Below are positions 9,782-17,942 of a DNA stretch of 32,000 nucleotides, in pieces (within the stretch, counting starts at the first letter, position 1; every line of letters starts with the position of its first letter). Position numbers and translations under genes: made by a program. The stretch covers positions 1 to 32,000 of the forward strand of contig OY970350.1 of NCBI GenBank assembly GCA_963718045.1. Direction: 5' to 3'. The DNA comes from Candidatus Saccharimonadota bacterium (GTDB lineage: Bacteria > Patescibacteriota > Saccharimonadia > Saccharimonadales > UBA4665). Below the pieces are notes generated by a model that saw nothing but the letters and a program-made list of their open reading frames with translations, was not told where the DNA came from and did no database searches.

Positions 9782-11389
9782 ATGACTAAGAATAGTAATT
9801 GGCGGCGTTTGTTACTCATCCACTTACTGCCGTTGATTGCGTTCCTATTAATAGGAGCTAGTGTAGCTACTATTGCAGGTCAGGATCAAAACTGGGATTT
9901 GCATAATTACCATTACTACATACCTTATGCATTTATCCATCACAGAGAAAGCCGAGATTTTGCAGTTAGCGGTATCCAATCCTTTGCTAACCCATTACTC
10001 GACACTGTTTCTTATTCCTTAATCCAAAACTTTAGACCTATTGTAGCTAGTGCAATTTTAGGCGCTATTCAGTCGTTAAATGTTTGGATTATATATGAAC
10101 TAGCAATTTTGATTTTCTCCAGGTTTATAAAAAATAAGTGGTTATATGTTTTTGCATTTATAATCTCGGTACTTTCGTTTTTTGGAGCAGGTAATTTAGG
10201 GGAAGTCGGTGAGACAATGACCGACAACCTCGATAGCATACCTATTTTATTGAGTCTGTTAATGGTCTTAATGATAATAAAGAATAGGTATAGGTGTAGT
10301 CATAAAAAGATACTAACGCTCAAGTTCATTGCATACGGCGTCCTTGGTATAGCCGTCGGGCTAAAACTAACTGACATTATTTTTGCCGTGCCTTTAGTCT
10401 TCTTGGAAATATTTAATTATAAAAGTATGTGGAATTTTGTAAGACAGGGTCTTTGGGATGGGTTTTCTTTTCTGATTGGGATGTTTTTGAGCATCGGGCC
10501 GTGGAGTATTTACCTATATAGAACTTATAAGAGCCCTTTCTTCCCCATATATAATGCTATATTTCACTCTCCCTATTACAGCAACAGTAACTTTAACTCA
10601 CCGCAGTGGTTCCCACATGGGCTTATGCACATATTATTCTTCCCCTTTTATTTTCTATTCCACCCTAGCCTTACAGCAGAAACACATTTTACAGATCCTC
10701 GTATAGCCTTACTCCTAATAGTAATGATTGTATTCTTGGTCTTTTTAGTGATTCGCTATTTTACGCATTATTTTCACAGAATTAAAATTCCAAAAGAGGT
10801 CTTAGCCTTACTTAGCTTTGTCATAATCGGTTATGTACTATGGGAAAAATTTTTCGCTTACTACAGGTACCTAATGGTTCTTGAATTTCTGTCCATAACA
10901 ACCATAGCAGTCGTCATATGGATAATGATACCGAAGCGTAAGGTTGCTTTAGTAGTTTTGGCAACACTTATGGTGTTAGTCACGGTCATTACCAGGCCCA
11001 TGGACTGGACTAGAATCCCTTGGCAAAAGTCATTCTTTGGAGTACAAATACCACCTAACTTTGTTAAGCGAGATTCAGCCGTGTTGTTGGCTGGTAGCGT
11101 ACCCATCGGTTACTTAATACCTTTTTTCCCGCCGAGTATCTATGCTATTCGAGTAGAAGATCCATTACAGCCCACCCTAGAGTCATCTCCCGCCTCCCAA
11201 CGTCTTATAAGAAGTAAGATAGAGACTCTAGAAAAAGATGGCAGTAACTTCTATGGTGTAGAGACGCCAGGAGCTACGATTGACGTGGAATCATTTAAAC
11301 AATACGGGTTTGAAAATAGTACCTGTAAGACAATTACTTCAAATCAAGGTGGGGGCTATAGTATTTGTAAACTAGTTAAAATCAGCTGA
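9782..11389 (+). CDS. Polytopic membrane protein, GT-C-like (putative polyprenyl-phosphate-sugar-dependent glycosyltransferase)
   Basis: ATG at 9782, 8 nt after the upstream stop. Many TM helices. The first loop GQDQNWDLHNYHYYIPYAF...NPLLD is acidic/aromatic like catalytic loops of mannosyl/arabinosyl GT-C enzymes. A C-terminal soluble domain of roughly 120 aa follows. Confidence 0.5.
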   Translation: MTKNSNWRRLLLIHLLPLIAFLLIGASVATIAGQDQNWDLHNYHYYIPYAFIHHRESRDFAVSGIQSFANPLLDTVSYSLIQNFRPIVASAILGAIQSLNVWIIYELAILIFSRFIKNKWLYVFAFIISVLSFFGAGNLGEVGETMTDNLDSIPILLSLLMVLMIIKNRYRCSHKKILTLKFIAYGVLGIAVGLKLTDIIFAVPLVFLEIFNYKSMWNFVRQGLWDGFSFLIGMFLSIGPWSIYLYRTYKSPFFPIYNAIFHSPYYSNSNFNSPQWFPHGLMHILFFPFYFLFHPSLTAETHFTDPRIALLLIVMIVFLVFLVIRYFTHYFHRIKIPKEVLALLSFVIIGYVLWEKFFAYYRYLMVLEFLSITTIAVVIWIMIPKRKVALVVLATLMVLVTVITRPMDWTRIPWQKSFFGVQIPPNFVKRDSAVLLAGSVPIGYLIPFFPPSIYAIRVEDPLQPTLESSPASQRLIRSKIETLEKDGSNFYGVETPGATIDVESFKQYGFENSTCKTITSNQGGGYSICKLVKIS

Positions 11390-11501
11390 ATTTAATCTGA
11401 CTTCAGACTAGAATAAAAGTTGTCCCGACGAAATCCTACCTCACACTTTATAAGCGTTGGGGATGATTGCTTGCATGCCTCTCGGTGTTCTATTGCTTGT
11501 T

Positions 11502-11511
11502 TTGATATAAT
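11502..11511 (+). promoter_or_regulatory. Candidate extended -10 promoter (TTGATATAAT) for the Ig-like/lectin operon
   Basis: Third exact copy of TTGATATAAT, in the 160-bp spacer and ending 38 nt upstream of the ATG at 11550. Confidence 0.45.
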
Positions 11512-11549
11512 AAAGATGCAGTATAAAAAATAAAAAGTAAAATATTAGT

Positions 11550-12122
11550 ATGGCACGTAAATCTAAAAAACCTTTTAAAGTCTGGTTAATACCATTGGTA
11601 GCTATAGTGGTCATAGTTATATTGGTTTTATATTACTTTGCGCATCATAACAGTAAAGCTAATACAGGTTTAACTAATAGCACAAAACAAACCATTAAAT
11701 CAGCTGAATCTAGTCCTTCTTCTCAACCATCGTCGACATCTATGCCTGGTGCATCCAAATCTTTAAATACCGGGGGCAGTATTAATGAGAATGGCCAGGC
11801 TGTAAGTAATCTGCCCCCATCATCAGACTGGGCAACATCTTCTTCTGGTGCTATAACACTTCAGGAGCCAACAGTAAACACCGTATTATCTAACGGCGAT
11901 ACAATAACGGGACTAGCCAATGTAAGTAACATTAGTTTTATATTATCTAACAGTTCAGTCGGGCTAATTGACCAGGGCAATTTAAGCGTTGTGAATGGCC
12001 GGTTCACTGGGAAATTGGACTTTACTTCAACTTCTAAATTAGGGACACTGCAGGTGTACTACCCAAATCCTACAAATGGCGCGGAAGAAGATATGGTGGA
12101 GATAGATGTTAGCTTTAATTAA
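11550..12122 (+). CDS. Membrane-anchored surface protein with Ser/Thr-rich linker and C-terminal Ig-like (Gmad2-type) domain
   Basis: N-terminal basic stretch plus one TM helix (VWLIPLVAIVVIVILVLYYFA), then a low-complexity SSPSSQPSSTS linker. The C-terminal roughly 90 aa (ITLQEPTVNTVLSNGDTITGLANVSN...GRFTGKLDF...GTLQVYYPNPTNGAEEDMVEIDVSF) follows the Gmad2 Ig-like pattern. Confidence 0.6.
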   Translation: MARKSKKPFKVWLIPLVAIVVIVILVLYYFAHHNSKANTGLTNSTKQTIKSAESSPSSQPSSTSMPGASKSLNTGGSINENGQAVSNLPPSSDWATSSSGAITLQEPTVNTVLSNGDTITGLANVSNISFILSNSSVGLIDQGNLSVVNGRFTGKLDFTSTSKLGTLQVYYPNPTNGAEEDMVEIDVSFN

Positions 12123-14367
12123 GAAGATTAATGCACGTAGATCAATAACAGTAGCAGTATTTGTGTTTTGTCTATTGTTTACATCCATTTTTATATTTAA
12201 AGGCAACACCCATGCGTTCACAGTCAATTACAACCCTAGCAACTTAATAGACAATGGTACCTTACTTAACAACAGTGCGATGAGTGAGGGTGCTATTCAA
12301 ATTTTCTTAACGAATGTTGGTAGCGGTTTAGCTAGCGTTCAAGATGTTGAGGCATGTGATTCAACAATAGCACCTTATTATACTCACTGTAGTCAAACCA
12401 TTTCAGCTGCCCAAATTATTTATGATGCAGCACAGGCTTATGGAGTCAACCCTGAGGCTATACTTGCTACCCTTCAGAAGGAACAAAGTCTCGTTACACA
12501 ACCCGCACCTCCCCCTAGCGATAGTACGGCAGTTGCTAGCTATCAGGCAGCCTTAAATTGCGCTATGGGGTACAACTCTTGCAATGATTACGTTGGCTTC
12601 TTCACTCAGGTTGATAATGGTGCTTGGACTTTAGTCTACAATACTGAAGCAGCTATGCAGGTAGCAAACTGGATGGGTTGGTTACCTGCTACCAATTATC
12701 GTTGTTCAAAAGCAGGTTATATTGATAATGGCACGGTCCAGGTATATTCTACAGGGCTTTATCCAGGTAACACAGTTACATTTGATGATCCGGGTGGAAC
12801 TGCAGAAACAGTCACTTTGGCAAACGCAGCCACAGCTTCTTTATACTGTTATACCCCTTATGTAGGACCTTATAGTGAGACTGGTTATTCTGGGAGTTAT
12901 AACTTTGTTTACTATTTCCAGCTTTGGTTTGGCAACACTCAATCATCTACTGCTTACGCCTGGGATTATGAAGGTCAAGGTGAGTACACTAATGACGGAT
13001 ATTCTGATCCGTTTACAAACGGTCTTTACACAGCTCCCGGACAAACGGCCTATTTGTCAGTAACGGCACGTAATGTCGGTTATGATACCTGGCAACAATC
13101 TGTAGTCCATCTTGGCACGTCTCACCCAGAAGATAGAGATAGCGTATTCACCAATGATAGCTGGCTGTCACCAACGAGAATTGCGATGCAACAAAGCAGT
13201 GTTATACCCGGAGCAGATGCTACTTTTGAGTTTTCTATAACAGCACCCTTAACAACGGGTACTTACTATGAATACTTCAATCTTGTCGCAGACGGTATAA
13301 CTTGGATGGATGATCCGGGCCTATACTTCACTATAAACGTAGTTCAACCACAAACACCAACAAATAATACTAATACTGGGTTACAGCCTGGGCAAACTCT
13401 AAGTATTAGGCAACATCTTTTGTCTCCAGATACTCAAAGTACATTGGCTCTACAGCCAGATGGTGATGTCATTTTAACAAGTGGCGGTCAGGTAACTTGG
13501 AGCAATAGTATAAATAACTCAAATGCCAACAGTCTCATAATGCAATATGATGGGAATTTAGTTGAATATGACAGCAATGGTCGGCCTGTTTGGTCGTCAG
13601 GCACGGGTGGTAATACCGGGGACTCGTTAGCACTACAAATTGATGGGAATTTAGTTATATATAGCTCGAGTGGCTCGCCACTTTGGTCTACTAATACTGG
13701 GAGCAACCCATATTATACGGATAAGGTAGACAGTTTCATCCAACCTGGAGCAGTTATCTTTCCTGGTCAAATATTACAAACAGCTAATAGAGATTACTCA
13801 CTCATAATGCAATATGATGGGAATTTAGTTGAATATAACAGCAATGGTCGGCCCATTTGGTCCTCAGGCACGGGCGGTAATACCGGTGATACGTTGGTTA
13901 TGCAAAATGATGGGAATTTAGTAATTTACAGTTGGCAAGGTATACCTATTTGGTCCTCAGGCACGGGCGGCCTTCCTGATAGCTACTTTACTTTGCAGCC
14001 AGATGGTTCTTTAACAGTCGCAACACCTAACGATGATTCTATTTTGTTGGTAAACTCTAGCCTACAAGATGTCCAAACCATGTTCACGCCGGGGCTAAGT
14101 TACTCGCTAGTTATGCAAAATGATGGGAATTTAGTTATATATGACAGCAATGGTCGGCCCATTTGGTCCTCAGGCACGGGCGGTAATACCGGTGATACGT
14201 TGGTTATGCAAAATGATGGGAATTTAGTAATTTACAGTTGGCAAGGTATACCTATTTGGTCCTCAGGCACGAGCAGTAATAAAAATGATAGCTTGGTACT
14301 GGAAAATAACGGCAATTTAGTTATATACAACATGTCTGGTCGGGCAATATGGAATTCAAACACTTAA
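12106..14367 (+). CDS. Secreted multidomain protein: signal peptide, N-terminal Cys-containing domain with SLT/lysozyme-like motif, Ig-like module, three tandem bulb-type (MMBL, beta-prism II) lectin domains
   Basis: ATG at 12106 follows GGTGGAG (12095-12101) and overlaps the upstream gene by 17 nt. Signal peptide with a likely THA|FT cleavage site. There are six canonical QxDxNxVxY lectin motifs (13543, 13636, 13810, 13903, 14116, 14209) and three degenerate ones. Confidence 0.85.
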   Translation: MLALIKKINARRSITVAVFVFCLLFTSIFIFKGNTHAFTVNYNPSNLIDNGTLLNNSAMSEGAIQIFLTNVGSGLASVQDVEACDSTIAPYYTHCSQTISAAQIIYDAAQAYGVNPEAILATLQKEQSLVTQPAPPPSDSTAVASYQAALNCAMGYNSCNDYVGFFTQVDNGAWTLVYNTEAAMQVANWMGWLPATNYRCSKAGYIDNGTVQVYSTGLYPGNTVTFDDPGGTAETVTLANAATASLYCYTPYVGPYSETGYSGSYNFVYYFQLWFGNTQSSTAYAWDYEGQGEYTNDGYSDPFTNGLYTAPGQTAYLSVTARNVGYDTWQQSVVHLGTSHPEDRDSVFTNDSWLSPTRIAMQQSSVIPGADATFEFSITAPLTTGTYYEYFNLVADGITWMDDPGLYFTINVVQPQTPTNNTNTGLQPGQTLSIRQHLLSPDTQSTLALQPDGDVILTSGGQVTWSNSINNSNANSLIMQYDGNLVEYDSNGRPVWSSGTGGNTGDSLALQIDGNLVIYSSSGSPLWSTNTGSNPYYTDKVDSFIQPGAVIFPGQILQTANRDYSLIMQYDGNLVEYNSNGRPIWSSGTGGNTGDTLVMQNDGNLVIYSWQGIPIWSSGTGGLPDSYFTLQPDGSLTVATPNDDSILLVNSSLQDVQTMFTPGLSYSLVMQNDGNLVIYDSNGRPIWSSGTGGNTGDTLVMQNDGNLVIYSWQGIPIWSSGTSSNKNDSLVLENNGNLVIYNMSGRAIWNSNT
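13838..13965 (+). repeat. Intragenic direct repeat, copy 1 (128 bp, identical to 14144-14271)
   Basis: By-eye alignment shows 13838-13965 is base-for-base identical to 14144-14271. The offset is 306 nt (102 codons, in frame). It encodes NGRPIWSSGTGGNTGDTLVMQNDGNLVIYSWQGIPIWSSGT. Confidence 0.9.
14144..14271 (+). repeat. Intragenic direct repeat, copy 2 (128 bp, identical to 13838-13965)
   Basis: See copy 1. Flanks diverge immediately at both ends (A/G at 13837/14143, G/A at 13966/14272). Confidence 0.9.
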
Positions 14368-14397
14368 TATATCAGGCAACATTAGAGCTTAATCTTT

Positions 14398-15690
14398 CTA
14401 ATATAAATCGTTAATAATCTTCGTCAATTGATCAAAAGTATCTCGCCAACTTGTTGGCTTATATTTGTCCCTTATATCGGCTTCTAGTTGAGATCTAAGT
14501 TTACCATCAGTCAGTCTTAGCATTTGTTCTAAAAAGGCAGACGGATCATATGGTGAGGCATATATACAAAATTCCTTCCCAACTTCTGTCATAGACGATG
14601 TATCGCTACTAATACAGCACTTGCCATAATTTAATGATTCAGCTACTGGCAACCCCCAGCCTTCATAAAATGACGGGAAAACGGTGTACAGACAGTTTTG
14701 ATATAGCCAGGCTAATTCCGTGTCTTTTATGGATGTACATATGGTAATGTTTTTATTAATCTTGGGGTCTTCTGTTAGTAAAGTGAAGGCTTCTTCTGCC
14801 ATCCAACCCTTACGCCCAACAATGACTAGATGAGGAAGCTTGATGCCTTTTTGAAATGCTAAGTTGTATACATAGTAAAAAAGCAGGTAGTTTTTGCGTA
14901 TCTCAATTGTACTAACAGATAGTATAAACTCTTTGGGTATATTAATTTTGGGGGATAATGTTCGCTGCCCGTTTGTTAATCTAATATCTGTCCCAAGTGT
15001 TATAGTCGGCAATATTGGTTTGTTACTAATATTATTCACTTCAAGAAACCACTCAATATCGTGTTTAGTTGATTCAGATATTGCGGGCAATGCATCTGCA
15101 ACTTTAAAGATCTTCTTAAAGTAACTACCAATAATCTTATTGGCACCCTTGTTGGCTAAAGCCGGATTGTTGTATGCTATAAGATCCTGGACAACGTGAA
15201 CTAGCTTAAAGTCGATTTTTTGTTTATCGGCAATTATCTTTTCTGCATATCCATAGAACTGCCAATTCCCATCGACGACAACTACTACATCATCCTTACT
15301 GAACAGTGGTTTTATAACATGGGCGGGTAGGCTCCTAGCATTCCTATACAACGACCTTATTGTGTTGTATGTACCTCTAAGCTGAGGCTCAATTGATAGA
15401 CCCCTAGCTACTTTTTTAGATGTAACGAGTGTATAATAAAGAACTTTTTGTGGCTTTAATTTGCTAATAAAGGGCTCTTTGGAAATGGTAGTTTTAGTCT
15501 GTTTTCTTTGCTCCAAACCAGCTTTTAAATCGCTGAACTTAAGTTCGGTAAAGACGCCGTGATAAACAAACAGCCCATAATCCAGACCTGAATTATCAAG
15601 TTCTTCGGCAATATTAAAATTCACCCTTTGAATGCCAGTAAAGTTACCTTGCCAATGAGCTAATCCTGATACATCAAGCCATATTTTCAT
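14398..15690 (-). CDS. Glycosyltransferase family 4 (group 1)
   Basis: ATGA start/stop overlap with the upstream gene. Typical N-terminus MKIWLDVSGL...GIQRV and C-terminal signature FPSFYEGWGLPVAESLNYGKCCISSDTSSMTEVG. Confidence 0.8.
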   Translation of the reverse strand: MKIWLDVSGLAHWQGNFTGIQRVNFNIAEELDNSGLDYGLFVYHGVFTELKFSDLKAGLEQRKQTKTTISKEPFISKLKPQKVLYYTLVTSKKVARGLSIEPQLRGTYNTIRSLYRNARSLPAHVIKPLFSKDDVVVVVDGNWQFYGYAEKIIADKQKIDFKLVHVVQDLIAYNNPALANKGANKIIGSYFKKIFKVADALPAISESTKHDIEWFLEVNNISNKPILPTITLGTDIRLTNGQRTLSPKINIPKEFILSVSTIEIRKNYLLFYYVYNLAFQKGIKLPHLVIVGRKGWMAEEAFTLLTEDPKINKNITICTSIKDTELAWLYQNCLYTVFPSFYEGWGLPVAESLNYGKCCISSDTSSMTEVGKEFCIYASPYDPSAFLEQMLRLTDGKLRSQLEADIRDKYKPTSWRDTFDQLTKIINDLY

Positions 15691-17942
15691 TGATTTTCCT
15701 TTAGCTCTTTAGATATCAGGCTAGCATATTTCTTAAATGAATACTCACTAGCCAAAAACTTACGGGCAGCCTGACCTATTGTATCTCGACTTTTTGGATC
15801 GTTGATTAAGTCACTAACCTTTTTAATTAGTTCATGCTCGCTACTCACTTTTACTACACACTCGTCCGGCAGTTCAGCAAACCACCCAATATCTCTAACA
15901 ATAACCACCGTACCCCAGCGCATGGCTTCTAGGGCGCTACGAGAAGTTTCACCGTGATATTTAAGTCTGTAGTTAATTAGTATGTCGCTGCCACCTAAAG
16001 CGTCTTGGAACTCTTTGTCGGTCAGGTCCTTAATTACTTCAATGTTGGTAGCCAGATTTTCAAGTAGTGGACTTTCGCCAAGTACACCAAACCCAAAAAC
16101 CTTAACTTTGATGTTGCTAAGTTCAGCTATATTAGCAACGAGACTTATGCCTTTGTCTTCGGATATAATTCCGGCAAAACTAACTGTTATGCCATCACGG
16201 ACCGGAGTATTCTTCGGTACTCCTATCGGATGAAATATTTGGTTAATATTTAAGTTGGTCGATATCTCTTCTATGGACTGGCAAGAATACCCGGAATGGC
16301 AGAAAATAGCCTTTTGGTTAGTCACAATACTGGAAAGACAGCTAGATTTTTTATTAGCTAATTTTGTGTCAATTAACGATTCGTAGAGCCGACGCTTCTT
16401 TGTTAAGTAGCCGTAGCGCTCCATATAATCGAATATGCCGTTAAGCCAGGTATCATGAACAATGGCATTAGCTGGATAGCGCAGAGCACTTAATATAGTC
16501 TGGGTATGGAATTCGCTATTGCCAATGTGATAGAGCACGCGGTCATATTTGTCTTTATTTCGCTCAAAAAAAGCTACTGGGTAGTATTTGGTGGCATACT
16601 CTAAAATATTAGGCCGTGACGGTTCGAATTCAGTTTGGCCGTTTTCATAATAATAGTCGATGTCGTAGAGCCTGGACAGCTCGGCGTGCACCTCAAAGGC
16701 ATATTTACCCACCGCTGAGTAGGAAGACGGCGAAGGACAAAATATAGCCAGCTTTGCTCTTTTGTTTGCCTGCTCTATACGTTTCAATGCTCCCATAAAC
16801 AGAGAAGCGGTATTGTTCCAGGTAAACTTAGCTTTTATCTCTTGGTAGCGCTTTATAAAATGGGTTTGATCGCTTTTAGAATGATCACTCAGAATTGATC
16901 TAAGTATGGTTGTCATGCTGGTGATGGATTTAGGATCAAAAAAGGAAAAGGCATCAGTGCTAATTTCTCTAAATACCGGGATATTAGAACAGGCTACTTG
17001 GGTGTTTCTATTCACTGCCTCGAGTATAGGCAAGCCCAGTCCTTCATACTCGCTCGGGAAAAATACTAGACGTGTATTATCTATGAGCCAGAGTAGTTCG
17101 CTGCTAGATACGCTACCAGAAAATATAATATCCGGGTATATACCCTTAAGCTGGCGCTGAGTTTCTTGGCTAAAATTAGAAGTTACGACTAGCTGATTAC
17201 TGCCCTTCAGTTCGGCAAAGGCTCTAACAGCCAGCTCATTATTCTTCCGGAAATCGTCACCGCTCGGCATAAGAACAAAATCGTTGTTTAAGCCGTCTAT
17301 TTTGGGTTTGCTAGGTTTAGTCTTGTCTGTGTGCGCACCGGCACCAAAGATGGGTGCTGTTCTTATAGGATCAATACCAAAATATATCGTTAGGTCATCG
17401 GCGGTTGTCTCAGAGTCCGTTACATACAGATCGGCTTTATAGGCCTCCGCCCATCGTTGGGAGTAGTCTATGCGAGCGCTACTCTCGTGATCACGGAAGT
17501 ATTGTTTGGGGTATAAAAAAGGTATTATATCGTGAAATTGGAGAAGGTTGGCTGTGCCCTTGCTCGGAAATACTGGGTATATTTCACTGCTAAAAAGAGC
17601 TGGTATAAAAAAGACTGTTTTGGTAGATTGACCTTTGTTTACTATTAGACTATCGATGGTAGCCTTATTGGCTTTTACGGCCTGGCCATAAAGCTCGCAG
17701 TTCTTTTTAGCCAGTAATTTAGCTTTTAGGACATCTCCTCTAAAACCGCTGAGTATTGCTGCGTCTTTTTCGGATAGGTCAGGCAGTTGGCTGTTAGTGA
17801 TAAAAGTCCACTGTACGCCGGGTTCGTTTTGGGTAGAAAGAGCTTCAAGGAGGTTCTGTAAATACAGCCCCATACCGCGGTAACGGTCACTGGTTTGCAG
17901 TAACTGGCAATCAAATATGACATGTAGATGGTTGCCTGGCAT
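15687..17942 (-). CDS. Two-domain glycosyltransferase (tandem GT4-like GT-B modules), candidate chain-extending polymerase
   Basis: 751 aa. The first module has FFPSEYEGLGLPILEAVNRNTQVACSNIPVFREI (EX7E). The second has YHGETSRSALEAMRWGTVVIVRDIGWFAEL (EX7E). TAATG overlap with the upstream methyltransferase gene. Confidence 0.75.
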   Translation of the reverse strand: MPGNHLHVIFDCQLLQTSDRYRGMGLYLQNLLEALSTQNEPGVQWTFITNSQLPDLSEKDAAILSGFRGDVLKAKLLAKKNCELYGQAVKANKATIDSLIVNKGQSTKTVFFIPALFSSEIYPVFPSKGTANLLQFHDIIPFLYPKQYFRDHESSARIDYSQRWAEAYKADLYVTDSETTADDLTIYFGIDPIRTAPIFGAGAHTDKTKPSKPKIDGLNNDFVLMPSGDDFRKNNELAVRAFAELKGSNQLVVTSNFSQETQRQLKGIYPDIIFSGSVSSSELLWLIDNTRLVFFPSEYEGLGLPILEAVNRNTQVACSNIPVFREISTDAFSFFDPKSITSMTTILRSILSDHSKSDQTHFIKRYQEIKAKFTWNNTASLFMGALKRIEQANKRAKLAIFCPSPSSYSAVGKYAFEVHAELSRLYDIDYYYENGQTEFEPSRPNILEYATKYYPVAFFERNKDKYDRVLYHIGNSEFHTQTILSALRYPANAIVHDTWLNGIFDYMERYGYLTKKRRLYESLIDTKLANKKSSCLSSIVTNQKAIFCHSGYSCQSIEEISTNLNINQIFHPIGVPKNTPVRDGITVSFAGIISEDKGISLVANIAELSNIKVKVFGFGVLGESPLLENLATNIEVIKDLTDKEFQDALGGSDILINYRLKYHGETSRSALEAMRWGTVVIVRDIGWFAELPDECVVKVSSEHELIKKVSDLINDPKSRDTIGQAARKFLASEYSFKKYASLISKELKENQ

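Noticed and set aside
11397-11408. Inverted repeat TCTGA-CT-TCAGA after the second GT-C-like gene, as a possible terminator
   Set aside because: It has a 5-bp stem with a 2-nt loop and no following T-tract, so it is sterically and energetically implausible as an intrinsic terminator.
13378-14367. Highly periodic repeats of roughly 90-300 nt that could be mistaken for a CRISPR array or a non-coding tandem repeat
   Set aside because: They lie in a single long open frame and the period is a multiple of three. They encode the QxDxNxVxY lectin motif. There are no short conserved repeats separated by unique spacers.
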